From NCBI GenBank assembly GCA_038087875.1, contig CM075977.1:233058001-233122000 (forward strand): DNA of 64,000 bases, written 5' to 3'. The stretch is from Malacoraja senta (lineage: Eukaryota). This document shows, piece after piece, positions 12,701 through 24,458 of this stretch. The first letter of the stretch is position 1. Every line of letters starts with the position of its first letter. The position numbers and the translations under genes were made by a program. The notes beneath the pieces were generated by a model. That model did no database searches and was not told the origin of the DNA. It saw only the letters and a program-made list of their open reading frames with translations.

Positions 12701-13029
12701 GGGCCTGACCCACTTACGCGATTTTTTCGGCGACTTGCCGGCACCTGTCATAGTCGCAGCTGGTTGCCGAAATTGTTCAACATGTTGAAAAGCAAGCGGC
12801 GACCAGAAAAAAGTACGACTCTTTGGGCGACTACTCACCACCAAACAGGCGTCACCCCTTGACATGTCGCGGGGTGACGCCTGTTTGGTGATGAGTAGTC
12901 GCCCAAAGAGTCGTACCTTTTTCTGGTCGCCGCTGGATTTTCAACATGTTGAACATTTTCGGCAACCTGCTGCGACTATGACGGGTGCTGGCAAGTCGCC
13001 AAAAAAAATCGCGTAAGTGGGACAGGCCC
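12701..13029. mobile_element. Fully palindromic MITE (329 bp) flanked by TTAA; Kolobok- or Harbinger-like
   Basis: Ends GGGCCTGACCCACTTACGCG / CGCGTAAGTGGGACAGGCCC; TTAA at 12697-12700 and 13030-13033; arms complementary up to the centre GACATGTC at 12861-12868. Confidence 0.9.
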
Positions 13030-15010
13030 TTAAGGATCAAACATGCTGTGATCAGCGGGAATTACACTTCTGCTATTTTACCACCAACATTGACACACAC
13101 AAACACCATATGATCTGGACTAAATAGCCAGTTTCACCTGGTAACTATCCAACAAGGTCTCTTAAACTTGTTCCTGTGCTATTTTTCTATTTACAAAGCT
13201 CACTAAATATTAATCAGAATGAACTCTCTGGCCACTGGTGATGAGTTGGAAGCAATTTTATGACAAGAGTGTACTGGGAATAGCACTGAGACTGTTAAAC
13301 GCTTTTGATTTAGAACTCTTAATAGCTGTCACAGAAGGAAATTATTAAACTGAATTGGATGCAAACTTAAGAATTTGCAGTATAATTAACAGGCAAGAAA
13401 ATGTTCTTGGAGCTTTCCAGATAATTTGTCGGCCTGCCTATTGTAGGAAAGTGAATGTTTACCCTTGCCCTCAATTAGTGTGTTCAATATTCATTCTCTT
13501 GAAAACAAAAATGCTGGAATCTGGCAAAGTTAATCTTTAAATGCATTATAAAACATAAAGACTTGTGGTTTCATCCAGCTTTATTCTCAAAAGCACAGCA
13601 TGCGAAAAAACATTAATTTTGTTTTAGTCTTTACAGTTATTACATCATACATTCTAATTGCCTTGCCTATAATTTTTAAGGTTTAGAAAGAATAACAGTC
13701 TGCATTTTCCCAAACATGTACCCCATGAGGTGCTGTGCAAGGAGCTTAAATCTGCAAATACTGAGATCTCATATGCATGCACAAAACCAAAGTAATATGA
13801 AGAAAAAAGATTCTGCTCAAGGCAAGGTTATTGATAAAAAAAGATCAGGAGGTGATAGTTAAGATTCAAGCTGATGGGCAACATTGCAATCACCAGTGCT
13901 GTTGAATTTTAAGGAAAAAGACACAAAGCGTTGGAGTAGCTCAGCGGGTCAGGCAGCATCTCTGCAGAACATGGAAAGGTGACACAAGAAACACAAGGGC
14001 GGGGCCTTTATTCAGACTAATTGTGGCGAAGTGGTGGGGGAGGAGAAAGCTGGAAGAGAGGAAGAGCAGGACAAAGTTTGACAAGCAGGTGAGTTTCTGA
14101 TATGCAGATGGTGGACAATGACCAGAGATGAAAAGACAGAAGGGGTGAGCCAAAAGGATTGAAGAGTTGCGAATGTGAATTCTGTTAGATTTTTTTAATT
14201 TATGTCAGAGCCCCATGGCAGCAGGAAGATGGGTGGGCAGGAGGTAACACGTTGGTAGAGACTTGCATGGATTTTAGAACTTTGCCTGATTTTTAACTTC
14301 TTATTGTTTAGAGTACAAAATTTCCTCTCAGGTTCTGTGAGGGATCTCTGGGCTTCCCTCTAGTGCTGGTATTTATTGACCTTTGGAGAATCCCCAGCAG
14401 TCATAAGCGTTCTCCTCATTTGTTTATAGTAAACACTAACATTCTGTTATGTGGCAATAATAACCACAGAGGGTAATGCAAGGCATTCTCCACGGTCCTC
14501 TGACAGCGGAACACTATTCCCACGGATTTCTGTCTGCAAGATTCCCACCCTCGTATTCTAAAGGTTCCCAGATTTACGGAAATCCAACTTTACGCAAATT
14601 CTCCCGTACATTTTTTAGCACATTTTCCAAGAAAGGCCATTTAGCTACAGTAAAGCAAACATCTTCAGGGATTATGGAACGCGGCTGCAGCTAGTCAATT
14701 CAAAAGACAACCAGTCTTCCAGTACCGTTAAAATGAAACCTCCCTGCAGTAATCAAACAGATACATTACGATTAAGAATGTACGTGCCTCTCCGCAGTGG
14801 GAGGCACTTAATAGATTTGTTTTGGAAACTGACAAGGAAAATCTCTTCTACTGACACTTGTAAAATACTTGATCAAATAATGTAACATCCATTGATATTT
14901 TAAGGTCATTGAACTAGTCAGTGAATGGAACAATCTGATTCAGTACCATTTTAAATATACAGGAGAAGACAAAAAGTACATGTTAATATTAATCAACCCT
15001 CATTATAATT

Positions 15011-15067
15011 CCTTCTCTCCAGAGATGCTGCCTGGCCCGCTGAGATACTCCAGCATTTTGTGTCTAA
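15011..15067 (+). mobile_element. 57-bp Penelope-derived tail insertion
   Basis: 13-bp TSD CCTCATTATAATT at 14998-15010 and 15068-15080. Confidence 0.8.
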
Positions 15068-15322
15068 CCTCATTATAATTATTCATCTCTGACTCATGGA
15101 AAAAAATTGGTTAATAGACAGTTCTCAGGAACTAAACCTTTAAGTAACCTGTGGATTGCCTGCATCTAGTCATGTCTCAGCAGGAAATTTCCAAATATTT
15201 ATATATATAAGGTCCTCCTGTTCACATAAGGCCTCCATATCTTTAACTTTATCCCATGCTCACTCTCTAACTTCCCATCATTCTACCCGCCCCACATATA
15301 GTTTTAAATAGGGCATTCTTAC

Positions 15323-15408
15323 CAATCACTTGCTGATGTCAAACTGGTAGCTGTGCAATAACCGGCTTCCTGATCTTCAGAACATGAGTCCACTGTAAGA
15401 GATGCCAC
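15323..15408 (-). CDS. FAT4: FAT4 internal exon (86 bp): VASLTVDSCSEDQEAGYCTATSLTSASDW
   Basis: Read manually; acceptor cttgaccag|GTG, donor TG|gtaaga; matches remembered FAT4 AASLTVDSCSENQEPGYC. Confidence 0.94.
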
Positions 15409-15829
15409 CTGGTCAAGAGAAATACAGTGATGTTTCAGTTTCATTTAACATGACAATAAAGTTGACAATTTCCCATAAGAGCCTTGCTAGAATAGCAATG
15501 CTTGCAAAGTAAAATGCCTAAACTGTATACAACTCCTCATGAAATGTCTGATTCATTATGCTTTGAAGATGTGAAATAATAAGTGTAGAAATTCATCAAT
15601 CATCCAAAAATGGGGTGAGAGTAAAGTGGTAGCCCACATTGAAACAAAAGAGATAGCTCTTTCATTGCAAGTCCACTAGTAATGACCACCACTACATCTA
15701 ATCAATTTCACTAAGTATTTGGAGTCGGGAAACATGAGGAAAGAAACATCTATGGCCTGAGTTAACTTTCACAAATTTAGGTAGCAAAGAAGGCCAAGAG
15801 AAGGAAGAGATTGAAAAAACATATTGACT

Positions 15830-16445
15830 ATCTCAGAGAATGGCCAAGAGAGTAACAAATGGAATATGCATGGAGAATTGTGAAATTATCCATTTTGCTT
15901 AGATAAATAGACATTAATTTTAAAAGATGGGAGATGAGTAAAGGTTGGCATGCAGAATGATTTATGTAAAGAAACATCAATCACAAATACAGGAAGCACT
16001 TTGAAAGGCCAATGTTAGGTTATTCTTTTTTGCAAGTTCTACTGGAATTACACTGAGATTTGGCGACCATATAACTTTGTCTCCCACACTGTTTTGGACT
16101 CTTTACCTATGAATGGACAAACATGCCTTTAGAAGGTGTAACCTATGATTCACTGGATTGATTCCTAGATTGAGAGTGCTGTTGGATGAAAAACTGAGTA
16201 GAATATATTTGTATTTTCTGGAATGTAGAAGAAGGAAAAATGATCTAAAATTCTTAAAAGACTTGATCATCAATACTCTGTCAGAGGGATCTAGTATTTG
16301 GTGTCATAATCTCAGGTTAAGGCTGGGTCCGGCACGGTATTGAGATATGGGGATAGGAGATAGACACTTCATTGCTGAAAGCATTGTGAGTCTTTGGAAT
16401 TCTCGAGGAGTACTTGGTGTTCTGTTCCTGAATATCTTCAAGAAG
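15830..16445 (+). mobile_element. Old, decayed CR1 RT/3' fragment
   Basis: Degenerate similarity to CR1 ORF2 C-terminal motifs (gaatggccaag...aattgtgaaattatccatttt; gagtctttggaattct). Confidence 0.6.
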
Positions 16446-18535
16446 GACACAAAGAGAAGCACAAGTTATAACTTTCTATAGTTGATGTACGATCTGCTGG
16501 TTATTTCCAGCACTTTCTGTTTTATCTCAATATCCAGAGGTTACAGTATTTTGTTTTAGGACTAAGACATATATAATAGGGCAATTAAATATATTTCTGA
16601 TCAATTGTGACTTCCTGAGTGATTTGAAATCCATCTGACTCACTTTCCCTCTATTTTTGTATGTTATAGCGAGTCATAGAGAATGGGAATAGACCCTTCG
16701 ATTCAACCTGCCCATGCTGACCAAGATGCCCCATCTACACTAGTCTCATCTGACCATGGTTGGTCCATATCAGTCATAAAACCTTCTTATCCACGTACCT
16801 GTCCAAATGTGTTTTAAATGTTATTATTGTTCCTCTTACATCTTTTATAAAAAATATTGAAGTTGCATATTTTGTAAGCAATGTGTCTCTATTTTAACTT
16901 GTAATATAATGAATGACAAGGATTGTAACAAATCAGTGATATTACACTACGACTTGAATGGATTTTAAATGTCCCCAAATGAAATACATGTCCTAATTAT
17001 ATTTATCACGTTATACTGCAGTACATGTAAGACCATTGAAAACAGTAGATTTTGTTATTTCAAATGTGCCACTGTTAAATGTAGATTCATTTTTGACAAA
17101 AATATTCTGGTCAATTTTGTAGTTTAATTAGTAAGGATGTGAATGCAAGTTGTAATTTTATTATTGCTAAATTATTGTCGATTGAAAATAGAGATAGAAG
17201 CTTTTTCAATAAATGCCTAATGCTTTCAAAATAAAACTTATTCCACGCACTGCAAATTTCAGATTCACTGACTATCCTATTTTTAGCTAAAACTATTCAA
17301 TATATCCCATTCTAATAAATCACAAAGAATGTGCTTAAGATTTAATTGACATAATCTGGTCAAAGATTGTAGCCATTTGTTGTGTTTATTCAGAATTGAA
17401 AGAATTGTGTAAACAATGAAAACTATTAACATGACAGTTATAGATCTCAAGAATTTGCAATGCCAAAACTGATATCTTTCAACACTAACCACAGAACACT
17501 ACTCAAACTGTCCCTGTAGTTATTACAATATATTTCCCATTACATTCTATATGCTGACATATGTTGTTAGTTCACACAAGCCTGCATACTAAATAAAATA
17601 CATTTTATTATTGTAATAATTTTGACACCCTGCATTTCTCTTAATTCTTTCAGCAAACATTTTTGTGTTTCTTTTAGCAAAGATGGAGCAATGCCAATGT
17701 CACTCTGAGTGACTGCATGCCCCCTAATCAGTTGCAACAGTGTAAATACAAATTTGAGAAAGTATGTCAACTTTTTTGTGTATTTGTCCAGGGAATGGAG
17801 GGATAAGGATCATGTTCCGGTAGATGAGATGAGCTTATATTGGGATCATGTTCCGCACAGACATTGTGGACCAAAGGGTCTATTCTGGTGCTGTACTGTT
17901 CTATACTTGTTCCAGGCCTCTTTATAAGCATGTTCTGTCAAATACATGAGAGTATACTTTCAATTCCATAAAGATTAATTCAATGGTAAAACACATTGAA
18001 AGTAAATAAGGTTTATACAATATAAATATCATACTTAAAAAATAATTAACTCAATTATTTTTGGAGAAGATGGGAGAGAAAGCGCATAGAAAGATTTTCT
18101 GTTGAATTGTGGTTTCATCTTATTTGAGGTAAGCAAGTCAAGATGAAATAACACTATTTAGTTCAGCTTGTCATCCAGCTCACATATTTTAACTATCATT
18201 TCTTTTTCTCACCCCATGCCAATATTTCTGCTTTCATCACTGAATTATGAATTAATTCAGGTCCCTTTCGGAATAATGAAATAGATTAATGTTTATTAAA
18301 ATTAATCTCAACTATTTGGTCAATGATTCCAATGTGCATTATCTTACATTTCAAGGCATTCAATAATCAAAAAGCAATTCATCAGCTCAGCTAATGTTGC
18401 CCTCAATTTCTGAATTTTGCTCCTCGCTTTAAATATTTGTATGCTGATGAATATGAAACTACTGTCTTAATTTGTCTTTTATGCAGTCCGTTCAGGTAGC
18501 GTATATGTTTGTTACATGGGATGCTCCTATAATAC

Positions 18536-18725
18536 AGCATGGTGGCACAGCGGTAGAGTTGCTGCCTTACAATGCTTACAGCACCTTTCGACACGGGTTC
18601 GATCCTGGCTATGGGTGCTGTCTGTACGGAGTTTGTACGTTCTCCCCATGACCTGCGTGGGTTTTCTCTGGGATCTCTGGTTTCCTCCCACACTCCAAAG
18701 ATGTACAGGTTGTAGGTTAAACAGG
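18536..18725 (+). mobile_element. V-SINE (HE1-like), head plus V-domain
   Basis: ggtggcacagcggtagagttgctgccttaca...ggttcgatcc...gtttgtacgttctccccatgacctgcgtgggttttc. Confidence 0.88.
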
Positions 18726-18954
18726 TTGTGTGCTTTTAAAAAATCTGAAATTCTGTGGGTGATATTTGATTTTGTAACCTCATGTATGATATCAAAATAT
18801 TAAACTGAAAGAAAGCATAATTGAAACGGAACACATGGTTTATTTGTTTTGGATGGGATGATTTGCTGAGGGCCATACAGTAACGAAATACAAACAAGGT
18901 GAGAAAAAAGAGAAATAAATAATTGGAGCAGGAGAAATAAACACAACATTTATT

Positions 18955-19156
18955 TTGTGTAGGAAGGAACTGCAGATGCTGGTTTACACTAAAGATGTAC
19001 ACAAAATACAGGAGTAACTTAGCTGGACATGCAGTAATTCTTGAGAGAAGGAATGGGTGATGTTTTCGAGTTGAGACTTTTTTTCAGATCTGTCACCCAT
19101 TCTTTCTTTCCAGGGATGCTGTCTGCCTCGCTGAGTTACTCCAGCATTTTGTGTCT
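18955..19156. mobile_element. Fold-back Penelope-derived mini-element
   Basis: Two inverted copies of the PLE terminal motif; TSD CACAACA(T/C)TTATT at ~18942-18954 and 19157-19169. Confidence 0.78.
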
Positions 19157-19364
19157 CACAACACTTATTATACAACTTCTCAAAACTGGGAAGTAACTCA
19201 TTCAAATGGCAATCTCATTCTGAAAGAACGAAGGGGATTATAAAGGATTGTGGCATGATACTTTCTTCATCCTACTGAAGTGATTGCTTTAGGTTGACGG
19301 GCCCGGCAAGTGGGAGCGCAGTACCGTTTACGGTATAAAGTGAATCAAATAAGGGGAATTATGA

Positions 19365-19725
19365 CCCGTGGACCCGTTGGGTCCCCATTGTGACGCCAGT
19401 CAAAATGGCAATCTGAAAATGGCGGCGGGCCCGGCAACCCTCCCCCAACTGCGCACGCGCGGATACCCGGCCCGGCAACCCTCCCCAATTGCGCAGGAGC
19501 GGATGACGGTCCGGGAGCGCACTGCACAGGTGCGCCTCCGCCGGCTCCGGGGTGTAGAAAGTCAATTAAAGTTTATAAAGGGAATTACTTTGTAAAATCT
19601 AACGAAACTTGCTACTGAGTAAGACGCCCCTAAAATTGTTACGCTATCGTGTACCATTTTGGCTGTATTTCGGGACCAAACAAACATACATACAAGATGA
19701 GAATTTTAGTTATGTATAGAAGATA
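19365..19725 (+). mobile_element. GC-rich Helitron/Helentron-like non-autonomous element
   Basis: 5' hairpin GGACCCGTTGGGTCC, internal ~36-bp direct repeat, CAAA/CATA microsatellite, 3' end caagatgagaattttagttatgtatagaagat. Confidence 0.5.
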
Positions 19726-19841
19726 AATAGCCAAAGCACCAAATGTGACCATGTTTTAATTGGCATTGCTCACTTTAATTAAAAACATATGTTTTAACTA
19801 TTTTTTCTTTACTTCACCAAATTAAAAGCATTGTAACAGTA

Positions 19842-20335
19842 GATCATAAGATCATAAGTGATAGGAGTAGAATTAGGCCATTTAGCCTATCGTCTACTCC
19901 ACCATTCAATCATGGCTGATCTATCTCTCCCTCCTAACCCCATTCTCCTGCCTTCTCCCCATAACCTCTGATACCAGTGCTAATCAAGAGTCTATCTATC
20001 TTTGCTTTAAATATATCTACTGACTTTGTCTCCACAGCCTACTGTGGCAAAGAATTCCACAGATTCACTACCCTCTGACTAAAGACATTTCTCCTCATCT
20101 CCTTCCTAAATAAACATCCTTTAATTCTGAGGCTATGACCTCTAGTCCTAGCCTCTCCCACTGGTGGAAACATCCTCTCCACATCCACTCTATCGAAGCC
20201 TTTCACTTTTCTGTACGTTTCAATAGACAATAGACAATAGACAATAGGTGCAGGAGTAGGCCATTTGGCCCTTCGACCCTCCCTCATTCTTCTAAACTCC
20301 AGCAAATATAGGCCCTGTGCCGTCAAACGCTCATC
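19842..20335 (-). mobile_element. CR1 3' fragment with a nested ~55-bp CR1 tail at 20222-20276
   Basis: ORF 20039-20326 RTRGHSLRIKG...FSQRVVNLWNSLPQ; inserted (aatagac)n-ggtgcaggagtaggcc. Confidence 0.86.
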
Positions 20336-21334
20336 AACAGTAGTATTTCTTCTTCAATAGTTTGATCTTTTGAATTTTATTTTAATTATTTGTAATAATT
20401 TCTACTATTTTTTAAAATCTCTGGTTACCAAAGGCATCTAAAAACATGAAACAAGACTTCAATAGCAAGAACTGGGGGCACAACTTCTGGATACATCATC
20501 TGAAGGCCATCTCACCCCTCACAACCCAAACAGTTTGCAGGTTGATTGAGAATGGAGGCAGCAAGCTACACGATTGTAAAGGATTAGCATGGACCTTGGG
20601 CTAAAGTATTGGATAAATGCAGGTGGCAGGCCAGATCAACTGCAATCTGGCCTATTGGAAATACACATTCTCAGTTTTAAAAAGTGTGGACCAGAAAAAT
20701 GCAGAATTTAAGAATCCGGCGATATAAACAGATCTTTTAGGTATCGTGGAGTTGTGGATTTTTTCCTTCAGGGGTACAACTTGGGATAATGGTAGCTTGG
20801 CACATAGGTACATAATTTTGTAAACAGTGCCATTAGCATACAATTTATTGCTTTCCACAGAAGGGCACTAAATGCAGAATGAAGAATAATACTGACTGAG
20901 GCAGCACTCAACACAGCAGGGTGAAGTTTCCACTCATTTATGCCAGTAATAGCAATGGCATTTGCTGAACTGGCACAAAGTATCAGTGAATTTTCAACAT
21001 AATTTACACCCAAAAGTATCAATTTTCTTGTTTTCTACTGTTTTTGTGGTTTAAGATTTAAATCATTGGCTCAGGTGCCACCCATAAAATGAAGATGCCT
21101 GCAGGTCAAGACTGGCAGATTCTGCCAAATCACTGATTCATGAAGAGCTTCAAATTGCATTTGTTTTCTTTTGGACTCGGGCATTAGTGGCAGAATGTAA
21201 TGATTTCTCTCGGGCATAGAAATCAGTAGGTATAATTTAAAGTTGTATTATGTATACAGGCATGGAAAAAGCACACTAATGTTTTCTTAAGCCCAAAACA
21301 ATTTTATCTACAAATATAAAAAATAAATTATTCA

Positions 21335-21685
21335 AAATCTTGAGAGGAATAGATCGGGTAGATGCACAGAGTTTTTTGCCCCGAGTTGGGGAATCGAAGA
21401 CCAGAGACAGGTTCAAGGTGAACTGGAAAAGATTTAATAGGAATCCGGGGGGTAACTTTTTCACACAAAGGTTGGTGGGTGTATCGAACAAGCTGCCAGA
21501 GGAGGTGGTTGAGGCTGGGACTATCCCATCGCTTAAGAAACTGTTAGACAGGTACATGGATAGTACAGGTTTGGAGGGATATGGACCAAGCACAAGGAAG
21601 TGGGACTAGTGTAGCTGGGACATTGTTGGCCGGTGTGGGCGAGTTGGGCCGAAAGGCCTGTTTCCACACTGTATCACTCTATGCC
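21335..21685 (+). mobile_element. CR1 3' fragment
   Basis: ORF 21340-21609 RGIDRVDAQSFLPRVGESKTR...FFTQRLVGVSNKLPEEVVEAG. Confidence 0.88.
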
Positions 21686-23775
21686 TCAAAATGTCTAACA
21701 AATGTTTAATAATTTAAAATTAATTTAAATAAGTTTACTCTTTAAAAACACTGATTTTTGTGATAGACCTATCTTCATCTATGTTGATAATGGCGGACTA
21801 GTTCATCATTCTTGAATGCATCAACAAACACTTTTTAAATGAAAACAATATCAAATGGTTCATGGAATGTAATATATGTCATTAAAATGAGTTCTTTGAA
21901 ACTTGAAATGTAACAATCACTCCAGCTTTGAGTGCATTTTTGTAGCGATTTCAGAAATACTGCTAACACAGATAGTTTACCTCAACATTTGGATTACTCA
22001 TTGAGATCTATCTGTGAATGGATTTACCTGTGGTCACAGTTTCACTTACACTGTACCATAGCTCTGCTTGCTGTGGTGGGATATGAGCACAGTATGTAGT
22101 GCAGCCTATTTGCCTCTGCTGTTTTGATGCCTTGGTATGCTCTAACTTAGTCATTTTTCAAAATTGACAGTTTAATGCTTTTCCCAGCTTTCCATGAAAA
22201 TTCCCATATGAAAGCATCGAGCGTCTGTGTTTTTTTACTATAAACGGTGTGACATCTGGGCAATATATTTCCTACGTGTCTGCACACTTGAAGACACACA
22301 TGGCTGATTAACCTAACCAAATGGTTCTTTCACAAATGCTTCAAAAATAGTGTTGGGGGATTCAGCAAGTTATCTCCTAAGACCACTAAAACTGCATCTA
22401 TTCTGCAGCACTTCAGATATTACCCTCTGCATGGCCAAATGCAATCTGGCAAAAAACAAGGGTGTGTATGCACCTCCAGAAATAAATACTTATTATATAA
22501 CATTTTAAGCATACAAATCTGGACCAAGAAAGAGCAACCTAGTCAGATGGAGTGCAATAGATATTGTTTGAGTATTCTTAATTATCTTAGAATAAAATTA
22601 ACTCTGAACAATAAATGTTAAAACTTAACTCATTGTTGACGGCTGGTTCCTTGCCAAAATCCCCTGAGCAACACAGACCCGGCAGTTACTCATACATCTC
22701 AGGGGAACCCTAAAACTTCACTTGCACTTCTCATTTGCGTATGCAAGAGGCTTAACACTTGGGCAGTCAATCTAATTGCTGCCTTGTGAATGCTGTTGTT
22801 GCTACCCTGTTTTCTATTAGCAATGTTAAATTATACTCACCCTTCCAGTTACCACAGACAATGAGAACCTCTGCAAAATAGAGGTTCTGAAAATTGTGTC
22901 AAGAAAAAATGCGTATGTTAAGCTAAGTAATTTAGATGTAAACATTTAAATTAAATTAAATAGCAATAAATTAGATTAGGAGAAAAAATAAATTAAACAG
23001 AAACAAAACTAATTAAGAATGGGAATGAAAATTGGGAATAAACAGATAGGCTGACCATTCCTAATTTATTTAAACTATTTTATTAAAAAGGAACATTTGC
23101 AATGATGTGCATACTGCAATGATGTGCATTTGTATTGGACCTTGAATGTTGAATATCTCAAGGAATTTAACTAAAGCTTAATCACTGCAATATTTTCACT
23201 GGGGATGAAAGAAGGGTCTGTAAGTGCAAGAGAAAGGTTTTGTTAATGGTATGTTTAAAGAAGATTCTTTAAGGGGCAAAAAGAAAAATAAATTGGCAGG
23301 ATAGTTTAGAGAGGGAACCATAGATAAGGATTTGTATGGCTGAAAGCACAACTGCCAAGGATGGCAGCAGGGTTTATAGTAAAAGGCAGGAGTTGAAGGA
23401 ATGCAAAACATGTTGAGGCAGTTTGGATTAAGGGATTTTGCAGAGATCTTTACAAGTTGAGAGGTAATAGAATCATTGAATTGTGCAACACAGGAATGGG
23501 CCCTCGTGGCCCACCTCATCTTTGCTGACAGCACTGTCTATTTGCCCTAATCTCATTTGCCCGCATTCGGCCCGTACCCCTCTCGGCCTTTCCTATTTAT
23601 TTAGATAGGAAAGGTATTTACTTTCCAAATGCCTTTAACATTGCCATTGTATCTGCCTCACCACTCCAGACAATCACCACCCTGTGTGTGAGAAACTTAC
23701 ATCTCACATCTTTAAATTTTGTCTCTTACATGTCAAAGGCCTTTAAACATTGTTTATATGTTTTTGATAACCTAA

Positions 23776-24458
23776 AGGCCTGTCCCACTTACATGTCCTT
23801 GGCACGCAAATTACGCGACCTCGTCGTCGCGTTGAGGCGCACGGGCATTGTGTGGCCTCGCGAGGCCGGTCCCACTGAGAAGCGTGGAGGGGTATGGAGT
23901 TGTGTGCGGTATCGCGCGGCGCTCCGGGATTTTGTACCGAACGAAATCTTCGCGCACCACCGTCTGTCGCGTAACTGATGGCCAAAGTGGGACAGGCCCA
24001 AGACCCTGGCGCGACGCAACGTCTCACCTCCAACAGCAGCAGAAGCAGGCAAACGATCGCCGAACTCAGCCTGGGGCTCACGGCCGTTGCGGATCCGTAT
24101 CCGCCCCCACTTCTACTCCCAGAGCGGGGCCAGGAAAATTGTAGACACAAAATGCAGGAGTAACTCAGCGGCAGCATCTCTGGAGAGAAGGATGGATGAC
24201 GTTTCGGGTCAAGACCCTTCTTTCAGACTGAAGAAGGGTCTTGACCCGAAACATCACCCATTGCTTCTCTCCAGAGATGCTGCTGGTCCCACTGAGTTAC
24301 TCCTGCATTTTGTTTCTATCTGCAAATGACGTCACGCTCTCCAGACGGCTGTGCGGTCGCATGAAGACGCGCGCGACTCTCGCGGGACCGTCGCGCCTCA
24401 ACGCAACGACGAGGTCGCATAATTAGCGTGCCAAGGACATGTAAGTGGGACAGGGGCT
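23776..24458. mobile_element. MITE with ~70-bp TIRs (same terminal motif as 12701-13029), carrying a nested fold-back Penelope insert at ~24140-24322
   Basis: AGGCCTGTCCCACTTACATGTCCTTGGCACGC / GCGTGCCAAGGACATGTAAGTGGGACAGG; flanks CTAA and TTAA; extra internal end motif AAGTGGGACAGGCCC near 23985-23999. Confidence 0.86.
24228..24255 (+). ncRNA. Minimal type I hammerhead ribozyme motif (Penelope-associated)
   Basis: CUGAAGA-A-GGGUC-UU-GACCC-GAAAC-AUC; a second inverted copy lies at 24196-24227. Confidence 0.6.

Noticed and set aside
18536-18610. tRNA gene
   Set aside because: A/B-box-like head runs directly into the V-SINE core; no complete cloverleaf
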